A stretch of DNA of 63,802 nt, counting the filler, from Reticulomyxa filosa (lineage: Eukaryota; Protista; Foraminifera), in the NCBI GenBank assembly GCA_000512085.1. It is 16 parts of 16 records of this genome, joined end to end, with 100 filler letters (N's around TTAATTAATTAA, not from the genome) between each part and the next. Parts side by side here need not be neighbours in the genome. Positions count along the whole stretch, not along the records: positions 13,401 to 34,587 come from ASPP01005115.1; positions 34,688 to 35,687 come from ASPP01047562.1; positions 35,788 to 37,733 come from ASPP01010851.1; 13 more parts are not named here. One strand, written 5' to 3'. Of this stretch, positions 25,450 to 37,833 are shown piece after piece (positions within the stretch are counted from its first letter, which is position 1; each line of letters opens with the position of its first letter). Made by a program: the position numbers and the translations under genes. Under the pieces are notes generated by a model. It saw only the letters and a program-made list of their open reading frames with translations, had not been told where the DNA came from and ran no database searches.

Positions 25450-26600
25450 TCCTGACATTGGCAACATTCACGTTGACGTTGTGTATCTATCTTCACAGAG
25501 AGGATACCATTTTTTTCAACTTCAAAACAAAGTTTACACCTGGCAAAGTTTGCAATTGTTTTTAAAGTCAAGACTCCAAAGTAGACTTGATGAAAAAAGG
25601 GATCCTCGAAAAGAAAAACATGACACCACAATTGCAATCCGTGGCAGATACGCTACAGAGACTACCGAATGTGCGTCAAGACAGCAGAGTACTTCAAGCG
25701 AGAGGTACTAATAAAAGAGCTGATGACAATGATAATGGATTCTGAGAATGTTGTGCGGCTGGGCGAACAGAATGAAGACAACATTGCAACAAAGAGACAC
25801 TACGAATCGGTTCCTTCGTATATCTTTTCAAATGACTTTGTAAATAAAGCTGCGTTGGACCAAATCGTCGACTCACCGACTTTGACGACGACAGCACACC
25901 TGTAGACAACAATAACGCGAATGAACCGTTGATGATCTGAAGTGCAAGATTGTATAAGAGGTCACTATCATGATCCATAATACTCAATTACTCGTGACTG
26001 TGTCGTCGGCGAAATAGGGTTGAATTAACTAACAATAGAAAAGGTTTTTTTTTTTTTTTTTTTAACATACGTACATATTATGTATACATAATGTACATAT
26101 ACACATACCTATGTGTATATTGTAATCTCTTTTTTTTTTTTTTACTTTTTAATTTGTTGAATTGCATATCGATTTTTGACATTTAAAAAAAAAAAATTGT
26201 TAACTTTTTGCAGATGTAATCAAATACATTGTGAAAGTGATCGAATTCAATAGGAAAGATCACAATGGCAACAACTACTTTACTACCAAAAAGGACCATG
26301 GCTTGCTTGTCACAAGGAAGACAATTGTCAAGCGACTGGAGAATGGCAGCCACAATGAAGAAAGTCTTCTTGCTTAAAGACAAAATCACGGATCCAGTCT
26401 CAGCTTTTTTTTTTTTTCTAAACATTTTCTCAGCTTTAAGCATTCCAAATGTGGGTATATCCAAAAAAAATATATATATATCCATATTGGACAAGCCAAC
26501 ATGTTAAATGTATCAATTGTAGGATTGAAGCCCACTTGAGCCTATTGCAAATAGTGGCAATGGAAGACTTGGAGGACAAAGGTACAAACATTGAAAAGTC
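25450..26600 (+). pseudogene. RPEL-repeat + CAP-Gly domain gene remnant
   Basis: LQLFLKSR/PKVDLMKKGILEKKNMTPQLQSVADTLQRLPNVRQDSRVLQARG (RPEL-like, ~25550-25710). Then VVG.RVELTNNRK, an intron (26044-26213), and VIKYIVKVIEFNRKDHNGNNYFTTKKDHGLLV (CAP-Gly-like). Confidence 0.55.
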
Positions 26601-27714
26601 TTTGTTTTGTTTTGAAAAGAAGAGAAAAGAAATGTGAATGTATAGGATGTGTATTGACTAAACAATTTTATTTGATGACCTGAATGAAAAAAAAAAAAGA
26701 TACTTTGAATGTGTTGGCGATGTGGACTCAATAGTGAAAACGTGTGCAGAAGTGCTGAGGTAGAAACATATTATTTTAGATTGTTAGATACTCTGGCACT
26801 TCTGAACGAGCAATAGGATCGGCATGGAAGAGCAGCCCAAGATTTTGGAAGAAAAAGAGAAGGAGTTGCAAAAGGAGGAATTGAAACTTGTCAATGAAGA
26901 CGAACCAAAATCAGTCCAAATATATCAAGGTGATAATCGGATGTGTCGTGATTTGCCATCCAAACACCGCCACACAAAGAAACACCCATTTCATGATAAC
27001 GGTCATTACAAACTATTTCCAATATCTCTCACAACATGCTTATAAAAGTTAAACACTTTCTCAAAAATATAGCAATATTTTATTTTTTTTTCGTTTATTA
27101 TTCTTTTTTGCTATCTTTTATTTTGATTGGAAATGACCAAGATGTAAAAGAATGTTCGGTATTATTTGTGGTGAAAAAGTTGATAGATACAAATGCCTGG
27201 GAAGGATTGATTATTTATGAAGACGGAGAAACAAATAAATCTCAGCGAATGATTGTGCATTTGCCTAAAGGCAGTAACAAAACGTTGTCTCCCAACAAAT
27301 ATTGATGACGATGATGAGACCACTGAATTGTTCATTGAATTAGGCCAATATTGTTCAGTGGTGCATAATATATTTTTTGTGTTATACATTTCTTCATTGT
27401 GATCATACACAACACTAAAATCTGTTAATATCGATCATGTATTGCAAGAGGGGGAAAAAATAATAATAAAAAAAATTTTAAAAAATCAAGAAATAATGCT
27501 ATGGCCGAAAACAAGAATATATGTATATCACATGGTACCAAGAAGAAAAGAAATCGGTTTTCAATACAGGATTTCCTTAACGAAAATAAAATTGGTTGGG
27601 TCCTCATGCACCACTTGATACAACTGTGGAGTCGGGATGCTTTAGTTCTTGCTCAACTCAAACAAAAATGATTCACATGGAAGATGAGAAAAACAAAAAC
27701 TTGAAACATATTAT

Positions 27715-28080
27715 CAAAAATTTTAAAATTGACATGATGAAATATATCAATCATCATCACAATGCATGTATTAAAGCCTTTGAAGAAAATGAAAAAAAAA
27801 ACTCGATGAGCTGCTCTATCAATTGTCACGACACGGAAGAAAACATTTGCTCTCTTATATTAATTGCGACATAGAAACGTCAAAAACACATCAAATAGCA
27901 TTATTAGTTCTCAAATATTGGGATTTGCAAATTGAAATATTATTGTTTGGCTATACTGTAAACGCATATGAATATAATTGGAATAGAAATGATGTTGATG
28001 CACAATACACCCATTTGTTAAAATTTGAGCACCCAATTATCAAAAAGAAAACAACTTTCACTGTCCAATGTCTGCAATAT
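27715..28080 (+). pseudogene. Second RluA-family pseudouridine synthase fragment
   Basis: LLSYINCDIETSKTHQI...DAQYTHLLKFEHPIIKKKTTF; the GDKLY segment is deleted relative to the 15550-15990 copy. Confidence 0.65.
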
Positions 28081-30249
28081 TTTAATTGCAATCGATTGTC
28101 AAACAAAATTATTGTAAGCGTGTAAATTACTTTATTTTTTTTCTCTTCCCTTTTGTAACTTTTTTTTTTGTCGCTGGTGTGTATTACAAAAACACAAAGC
28201 AAGTGAAGAGAATCTTTTTTGAAATCATCTGTTTTAATTATGGTATCACTCGTTGTTGACATGCATTCAATTTGCAAGTTGTGTTTCGTTTTTCCGTTGC
28301 AACTTAAAAAAGGCCACCATGTACCACAAAAAAAACAAGAAAGAACATTTACATAAAGGAATTCATTGTTCTGTGGACACTGTTGTCAACTTGGAACCAA
28401 TTAAAAAGACACCACTTTGAACGAGATTCGGAAAAAAGGAAAGGGCGCATGCATAATTAGTGGTATATGTACCTTGAAGTAAAAAAAGAATAATGATAAT
28501 TGCAGCAACCGAAGAATTAACTATTTGGAGAATATACAATCCAGATGTAGTTAATGTGAGATGTTCTGTTTCATCTATAAAAATAAATGCACATTCTTTT
28601 GTGTTCGCACGTGGTTATCCTTGTTATAGCATAGGTCAAAGAGGAAATGTATGCGTACGCATATAAAGATGAAAAAATAATGAGTCCTGTAAATAAAGAA
28701 AATGATAAACCTGTGGGAGGAATGCAACATGGTGAGGATCAAGGAAAGTATCCAACAGAGCTGATAGCGTTCTAAGATTATGTGGTGATGTAATGGAAGA
28801 AAAAGAATTGAAGAGACAGCTCGAAGAAAGTAATGGTAGTGTATCTGCGATCATTGAAAAGATAGTCTCTACATTGATAGCGCAAAAAGTTAGTTTACCT
28901 CGGTTCAAAAAAAATAAATTGATAAGTACTTAGTTTTACACTTAAATATAAATAGAAAGCTGGTAATGTAGATACAAAGAATAAGATACAAGAATTGGAA
29001 AATAAAAGTGAACAAGTTACAGTCTTACATAGATTGTACATAACTGCTTTTCTTTTCTTTTATTCATAATATAAATTATTTGTTTTATTGTGTACGTATA
29101 TATATTTTTTGTATTTTTCAAAAAAAGGCCTTTTCATTCAAATAAAATATCCTATTGCTGTTCTGATTGCTTACAATCAACTACTACATCGATTGTAAAG
29201 GCTATACGTTTCAATTCAGAACATTCCATCAGTGCAAGCAATAATCCAATTCCTATAAAAGATAGTCATTATCAATGCTTTTATCCAATTAAATTGGGAC
29301 TATCTTATGAATTGAAAGACAAGTTTGGAAGATTTAATTACTCGAAGCGAAAGCGAATGAAATATTAAATGTGTGGGTAAATTACAAAAATATTTATTAA
29401 CAATAGTAAAACCATCAAAGTGAAAAAAAGCCAATATGATTTTTGATATTGGAAGATTTAAAATTTTATGCGATAATATTCGATTGCGGAAACTCCCTTC
29501 TCTAGTTCAGAAAACATCTTTGCTTGTGGAAATGCAGTGAAGAGAAGTATTTGGAAAGGTACGAAATGTTTAATTTCACCACGGATAGCGCTCATGGAAC
29601 AACGTGGAACTTTTAGGCAATTTAGCTTTCACAACGATTTTAGTTTGTAAAATTGAATGATGGAAAATTAATATTTTGTATCTTTTTTTTAAACTCTTGT
29701 TTTACTTATATTTTTATCGTCTTTTTTTTGGAATTTTTGAGTCCTTTGTTCATTTTTATAGCCAAAGAACTTGTACATCTTACCAACTTCCAATCACCAA
29801 TATTACTGATATTTTTGTTCTCATTGGTTTCATTGGATTCAGACACTGCTTCACCTTTTTCTTTCTTGTTTTTTTGCTCCTTTCTCTTGTACGTATTCTT
29901 GACAACAAGAAGATACAACTCGAGATCTTTTTTGCCATGAATAGTGGCAAAAATCAATTACTATTTCTTACGGTCGGCGCTTAAGCGTTGCTCTTTTAAA
30001 GCACTTATTTATTTTCTTGACACTAACTCTAAACAACAGAAGCGTCTATTGCATATTATCAAAGAGTTTTTTCAAAGACAAGTGAAAACGAAAATATGCA
30101 TATAGATTCGATTTAAACTTTTTAGATTTAAAATATAAAAATTCGGAAATTTTTTACAATGAACATGATTTGATGCGAAAGAAAAATAGGTGAGCTGGAG
30201 AGACAGCGATATTATTCAAAAAAAATCAAAAGAAATTACAATTGGACAA

Positions 30250-33200
30250 ACAAACAATACTTGCATAAACTTGGCATTATTTGGCTTCGTCCTTGCTTGC
30301 TGCACCGCAACCACCACTTTCCAATGTTCGATTGATATGTTTGTATTCTTTGAGACCTATGTTATATACGTGTTTATCCATCATACGTGTTTAAGTTTTT
30401 TCCAATCACATTATAAAAAAATATTATAACTTGGAATACAGGTTGCTAGCTCACCATTTTCAATTAACCATGAGCACATTACACGAATATGGACCTTCAA
30501 ATTTTTTTTCCAAATTATTCGTTATGTGAAGAATAATCAATGCACACCGTTACTATGCTATTACCATTATTGCCGTGCTCACTTCAGTATCAATGACAAC
30601 ATTAACAGCAACAACTTGCACACTCCCATTTGCACTTTTAAGGATCTATTCAAAGATTTCAAGCAACACATAACACATACACATAAATAATAAATATACG
30701 TTATAAAGGTATTTTATGTTAAATACGTACACATAAAACAAAAACTTTTTCAGGCAATGGACTCAATCACGAATTATATCGTCAGATCACAGGAAAGATA
30801 CAACCGCACAAATTACCAACGAAATAACTTGAACCCTTGTTGGAGTGTGTGCGCTAGTTTCAATGATAATGCTTTCAATCAAGTATTCGTTTTTTGGAAC
30901 AATCGAACTTACTTGAAGGAAGCTAGCATCACTGAAAGGATCTTCCCTAGAGCTACAATTTCTTTGAATTATGGTCTTGTCAATGGCAGAACTCTCCACT
31001 TTTTGAATTCGGCTGATTCGGTTTTGATAACCAAACAATTCGTTCGTATCCACAGCGTCTTTGATAAGAGAGTAGAGAGAGAATAGAGAAGAGGTTCGAC
31101 TGCTGACATAAAATATTATTAAATATCCATTCAGCAGGCCCAGAGCCACCAATACATTGCAAATATACAAGCTTTTGTTTCGTTCGGCACATGGAGCGAC
31201 TTTTGAATCGTCGATCCGTTTATCGATCGGCAAGGCCTTGTTGCTTTTTGCAATAAATGCGCAATAATATTTGCTCTCTTCAGCACACACCAACAGCAGT
31301 GGCACTCAAATATTGTGGAGCACAAAACACCAGTTCAATATATTGAAATAATTGACAAATGAGTAGAATGAACATGTGCTGCATTTCGTGGTCGTCGTCA
31401 TCATCATTGTCGGCACTGTGCTTGGCGTTGTCACACCCATCAGCAGCCTCCATTGCGGGGCGCACTATGTGAAATAGTCCACGTTAAGAATCCGCAAAGT
31501 CGCTACTTGTGGGTGCAAAGATTCAGAACCAGAGTATCATCGACAGACGATCTTTTTTTTTTCTTTTTAAACAATCCCAACTACGGTATGGCCTTGAAAA
31601 AATCATTTTCTAAATCATCATCATCTTCTTGTTTGCTAATGGTCTTGGCTTGAGTATCGCAAACTAATCTGCCAAATTGGAGTCACGACAACATCGGAAT
31701 AATGGTTCCATGTGAGAGTGGCTTATTCGACTGCCATATATACTTATTTCATACAACGTCGGCACTATCTTTTTTTTTGTCCTCCATATTTTCCATGTCT
31801 TCGATTAATATAATCGCTGCTGTGTGAACACTGTGATGTTCATATCGTTTTTATCTTGCGCGATGTGTTCAAGTTTTTCTTTCTGGATCTTGGCGCTGCC
31901 CGACTACGAAAGCAAGCTTACCAGAAATATTGTAACTGGGACAATTTTTGTTCAACTATTCCGATGCCATCTTATGATAGATATTTTCAAAATACAAAGC
32001 TCATCCAGTCTTGCCGTCCTTATGATAACGAGGACACGCATTGACGTTAGATAATGGCTGTTCTTAGGAATTTTTGCATCAATCGCCATGCGTACATTCG
32101 ATAATATTTGGATGAGTGATTCAATGATTGAGTGATAGTATAATTCGTGTTTCTTTCTTCATTGTTTGACTTATTCGTTCTTGACGTTCTTGAGTGCCAT
32201 GATTCAACGAGTTTTGAGCGCACTACTCGATTCACAATTTAAAACCACTTCGATTCGAACCCAACTCAACTTGGCGACTTGCACTTCATTATCCTCCAAG
32301 TACTGTGATAATGCAACCAATACAAAGTATTGCGTCTCATCCAACACGCCATCTGTGGTTCACAGTCGATCTGGAGACCATCACTGCAAGAGTAGATTGC
32401 CTTGCGTGTGTCGAATAAATGACGATGATATTTGCCGAACTGAGCCAGTTTTCTATTGCAATCTATATATCTCTTTTCATCATCATTAATGCTTATGCCA
32501 CTCGCGATCTCACCATTTCCCCTCATCAGCAGCACACGGACGACTAAAAAAGCTAATGTTGCGAATGTGCGTACGTTCACGACCAGTTTTGGCACTAATA
32601 GTTAGCGCTATTTTTATAACAATCGCGCTTCCTTTACTTGTTGGGACATGTAAATCGCAGCTCGACTCAATCTTTGCGGATGATTGTTGGCTTGTCACAG
32701 CGCCAGAGATTTGTGTGCACATATGTGGAAATATCTAGAAGTGGACCCATCACACTTATCCATTGTCTTGGCTGGGGCATTCTATGTGAAGATTTTGAAT
32801 GTCTGGAAACACGACGTCTACACTCGCGGGCGTGAAAATTCGGTGTATATCACACAAAGTAAATCTGCAAACATTTTAAAAAAAACAGACACAACACGAT
32901 AATTTTTCGATTTTCTTTCTTTTTTTCATCCCGTCCTTCTACTTTTCCTGTTCCTTTTCTTGATTATCAATGTACATACGGAGTTTCGCACAACCCCTCC
33001 TCCAAGTTGACTCACTCGCACATGGAACATTCTCCGGTTTTCTCAATTGCCGTAATTAAGTGTTTCGTAACAACTTACAAGTCTTTTTTCAATGATTTCC
33101 ACTTCCTCTATCGAACACGAGTTTCCAGTATCTACCTTTTGATTGTTGAATTAGTTGGTCAAGTTAGCACCATTTTCATAATGGCCAAGTTTCAAGTCGC

Positions 33201-33800
33201 TGGCGCATGTAGAGCAAAATTCGACGCCCTTTTTGGCGCTGTGCCAAGACAATAATTATCCGTAGACTTGTGTGCACCTACGCTGATAGCGAACAACTTT
33301 TTTGCATTGTTCAGGCTACAACTTTCTTTCCCATGAACTTATATTTCTTTCTGCCGCCGTTGCGACACCACAATATCAATGTAGTCCACTTTACGCGATA
33401 TCACTACGTCTTTTTCTTCTTGGCGAGCTTGCTTTCTAGTCCGACTGCACCAATATCAAAATTATCCTGTATTGGACTGTTAGAGTCTTGTCCAACTGCT
33501 TTACGATGTTTTCCAACTACGAAATCCACTTTTTACCGTCGCACTTGTTATGATCGATACTTTGGCATTGTCGAACGGACTATAGAATTGCAATACATCC
33601 AACGTTTGAAGTTGCGATATGATAATTGTCATTATTTTTCATTATTGCGTCTTCGTTGATCAAGAAAGAGTATTCATAATCCAAAGCCTGTAATGAACAT
33701 GCATACGATTTTCAATAAGCGACCGGTCTCAACTGACAGTTTCTTGAGTTTCGTGCACCTCCCACCAAATTAAGACGCTATCACCAGAGCGAACAGTCTT
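30250..33800 (-). pseudogene. Decayed HEAT/ARM-like gene, copy in repeat C
   Basis: Peptides such as DGVLDETQYFVLVALSQYLEDNEVQVAKLSW, YHSIIESLIQILSNV and TRVQVISLVICAVVSFL are broken by stops and frameshifts. Confidence 0.4.
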
Positions 33801-35804
33801 TGCTTCATCATCTTCTTCTTTCTTTTTCATTCTTATTTTTCATTTCATCTTTTTATCTTTTACTTTTTATCTTTTTCTCTACATTTTAAAACTTTTTCAT
33901 TTTTTCTCTTTTTAATCTTTTTTTTACTTTTTTCCAATTGCCAATTTTTTTTTTTCATTTTTCAACATTCTTCATTTTTTTTTCTTATTCTTTTTATTTT
34001 TTTTTATCATTCTTTTCCTTAAATAAAAATTTTTCTTCATTTTTTTTAAAATCATTTTTCCACTTTTTTTCCCAATAATTTCCCAATCTTTCCCAACCCT
34101 TTTCCATCTTTCCAATACATTTTTTTCCTCTCAAATAGAAATAGAAAATAAAAAAATTTTCCAATTGATTTGACCTTGACTCCTATTTGCACAATCATAA
34201 AGTAAATTTTTTTTATTTAAAATAACAAAAACCCAACATACTTTTGCATTCGAGCTCTAAGCTCGAACTCCAATATTCTATACTTTTTTTTCTTTACACG
34301 AGAAGGGGAGGAGGACAAACACTTTTTTTTGATGGGGGCATGCCTATTCAAAACAAACGTACATTTTATTAAAAAATAAAAAAAAAATAATAAAATATAA
34401 AAACCTTTGGATTTTTTTTTGCACACGGAGGTGGCTTCAACCCCGAGGTTTTTCTTTGGAGGGAGGGTACGTATACATTTTTTATTTTTTTTGGAAAGAG
34501 GGCTGCAGCTGTAATGCAAAAAATACATAATGTTATTATATCAAAAAAGAAAATTAAAAAAATGAAAATAGATTTAACAAACCATGANNNNNNNNNNNNN
34601 NNNNNNNNNNNNNNNNNNNNNNNNNNNNNNNTTAATTAATTAANNNNNNNNNNNNNNNNNNNNNNNNNNNNNNNNNNNNNNNNNNNNAAGTTTAAACAAA
34701 GAAACTCGTTTTATACCAAATCGATAATAACATCTCTAGGTGTTGTTATCACATTAAAACTCCACTTAAATACTACTATTTATAACAGAAAGAAAAAAAA
34801 CGCTAATGAGTGCTCACATCAAAAAATTAAGGATCTACAAAAAAAAGGGCATTACTCGTTCGATCTCATTTTTGTAGGCGTTGCTGCACTGACATGTCAA
34901 TTGATTGCCCAAAGTCACGAAAACAACCAATCATATGCGATAGTGTGACACGATATAACATTGCAGATGTAGCCAAAAGGAATGTGTGCTTGTGCAGTTG
35001 TCAACGTCATACAGCAGAGATGACAGTTCCATTATTTGATATGTACTGCTGATATTAAAAAAAATGAGATTTATAACATTAACAACATCACTGAGATATT
35101 TTTCAAATCATTTAGTAAAATTCTTTACTATCGTTTTTCATTGTCAAATTCGCTAGCCAAAATAAAAGGGGTACTATCTTTTCTTTTCATTGCATGTAGA
35201 TTTGGTGTTATTTTCTGCGCCGTATTGTGTTTCGGCTTTTTCAAGTCAGTCCTTCTTTTTTTTTTTTGTGTACTATTTATTTCACAATGAACAATTTTAA
35301 CAACAAAAAAAAGTTAGACAACGTTCGAACTTAACTTAAAGAGCTATTGTAACTTATTTTTCTTGTAATAGCGTCGCAAGCCAAAACCTAACAGACAGCA
35401 AGGAGCAATAACGCAACACAGTTTTCATTTTAAAGATATTGTTCAAATGTTTAGAGTTTTTAGATCTTTCTTAAAAAAACCTTTTTCAAGTCTAAAACTT
35501 TTTTTCTGCTTGACGTAAAAACGATTGACACGTTATCGTGATAAAATGTGTAAATAAAAGCAATTTTTAATAAATTTGTTGATCCAAATCAAAATTACAA
35601 TTTTTTAAATGAAAGTTTTGCAGTTGGAAGTCGTCACGTTTTTTCCCTTTTTTTTTGGCGAGGTTCGGAGTTGTGTGCGTTAAATATNNNNNNNNNNNNN
35701 NNNNNNNNNNNNNNNNNNNNNNNNNNNNNNNTTAATTAATTAANNNNNNNNNNNNNNNNNNNNNNNNNNNNNNNNNNNNNNNNNNNNAAAATTTTGGAAA
35801 AAAT

Positions 35805-35932
35805 TGTAAAGACTTAATAAAAAACCGAAATGATATTTAAAAACTACACGATCCATAGATTTTTTTTTAAATAAAAAAAAATTTTGATTAAATGTTGTTT
35901 TTTCATTTAGAAACATAATAATCTCTATAAGG
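35805..35932 (+). repeat. Short dispersed repeat shared with 58170-58281
   Basis: AAATGATATTTAAAAACTACA.GAT...AGAT and ATCTCTATAA blocks are colinear in two different contigs. Confidence 0.6.
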
Positions 35933-36562
35933 TGGCATTTTATGTGTTAACTACTATAGTTTCACAAATTTGATCAATTGCATAGTTTTGTTTGATGCAA
36001 TTGTAACTATACTATAAGCACTTTTGTGAGAACTGAATCGTTGATTATCTGATTGTTCACTCTACACTGGCTGGAACTCCGCCAGTTGTTATGCTGACCA
36101 TTGTTGTTTGTAGTTAATTGATAAGTTTGTGATCGATATTGATCGACTGTCTCTTGCTGTAGTAACAGCTTACCATCGGCCAATAGTGAGTAAATTATTG
36201 ACCCAACAACGTGTTTCCTCATTTTGCGTGAATTTCGTTGATTTTTCCTTGTGCCACTGCCATATGTAGCTGTCGTGCTATGACCGATATGTGCCAAGAA
36301 CTTTCAAAATTAGACCAATTTTTCTCCTCAAAAGGCTGTTCTTGGCTACGCTGAAGAAAAAACTTTGTAGAATTGTTCGTCAAAGTGAACAAGTTTTTTC
36401 GGAGAGAACGTGTTTTTAACGTTTGAGTTTTTTAATTTGTGTTTTTCAAGGTAGAAATTTTTTTTAGTTTGTTCGATTGTAAGTGTGAATTTTGATTAAT
36501 TGATAAAGAAAATTTAAAAGACTGGCAAGAGGACAAGGAGTGAACAGAGAGAAATTCAAAAT

Positions 36563-37652
36563 TTACCACATAAATCTGGCAGTCGTGCCATCGTTCCATT
36601 GAAAAGGTCTAATTAAGAACACATAAAAAATGACAACATCAACAAAGATATAAAAAATAATGTTGATATATCTCAAAACGAAGTGATGAACGAAAGGTCC
36701 GTGTGCATAAAGCCAAGTGGTGATGAACAGTGGTTGTCGGGTTCTCTTGGCATAAAACTGTTCTCTTAAAATACAATTAAATTCATGGACAATTGAATCA
36801 AATGTAACTGCATTTCCCACTTCCAAGTATTTTTCGAGCCAAGTTGAGCCACTTTTATTGTTGCTGTCATCATTTTTCTTAACGTTAGTGTAGCGAATAC
36901 GCAAATCAAATTCCAGTTTAAAAATAACAATTGGGATAATGAAGTAGCGAAACTCAAACAACGGAGTGAGAATTAATGTTAAACACGTACATAATCCAAA
37001 TGAACACATCCACCAAGTGGACATACCTATCAAAATATTAAATTCAGTTTCTTTTTTGAGATACACAAATAAATAAATGAGAATATATATATATATATTA
37101 AGTTGGACTCCAAACCTGCTGATTTAATCAGCAAATAACAATAAATAATGGCAGCGCTAGCCAACGGGACAATAGCACAAAACACCACACGACTCCGACT
37201 TAAGAAATATCTCCAAACATAAAATGAATAGTGCCGATTGTCACTCAATAAAAAGGGATGAACAACCTGGAACCAGTTCATAATGGCAGCAACACCGACC
37301 ATGATCAGCATGAATTTCGTGACATTCACAACTCGAACACGCCTCCAACTCCATCTCGGAACAGAGCCACTCGAAGATGCAGTAGGAGTGTGTTCGCGTT
37401 CAAAAAAGAAGGGCAGCCACAAGTTGAGTAAGTTGCCGGCATGGATCAAATGTTGCAAAATGCCAAATAAGCAAAGCAATAATATCAAATAAACGATCTG
37501 TGCAAAATGAAGCGACACCATATGATGGGATGCATCTCCAACAACGATCGTCCCTTTATTAAATGCGACAATGTACACTACAAACAAGACAAAAAGGCTA
37601 ACGAAATGCCATAATTCGACCAAGACTAACGTCAAAGCATTCCGGAGGCACC
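36563..37652 (-). CDS. ALG10: Dol-P-Glc:Glc2Man9GlcNAc2-PP-Dol alpha-1,2-glucosyltransferase, 3' exons
   Basis: DIE2/ALG10 motifs NKGTIVVGDASHH..LHFAQ, HPFLLSDNRHYSFYVWR, LFEFRYFIIP and C-terminal RPFQW......RFMW; intron at ~37051-37115. Confidence 0.92.
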
Positions 37653-37833
37653 TTTGTATTTATATATATACATATATATATATATATATTTTTTTTTTTT
37701 TTCTAAAAAGTTAAAAAACTTAGGTTTTGTTGCNNNNNNNNNNNNNNNNNNNNNNNNNNNNNNNNNNNNNNNNNNNNTTAATTAATTAANNNNNNNNNNN
37801 NNNNNNNNNNNNNNNNNNNNNNNNNNNNNNNNN

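Larger units (their letters stand above)
27715..34587 (-). repeat. Copy C of the mosaic repeat (with ~1.6 kb extra segment 28120-29720; truncated by contig end)
   Basis: Homologous to copy A (inverted) and copy B (direct) as described above. Confidence 0.88.

Noticed and set aside
34965-34982. CCTTTTGGCTA (minus strand; similar TTTGGCTAAGAT at ~54609) resembles the U2 snRNA 5' stem
   Set aside because: The branch-point recognition sequence GTGTAGTA and an Sm site do not follow.
34688-35687. Whole contig examined for genes or RNAs
   Set aside because: No convincing ORF, tRNA fold or repeat could be supported by eye.
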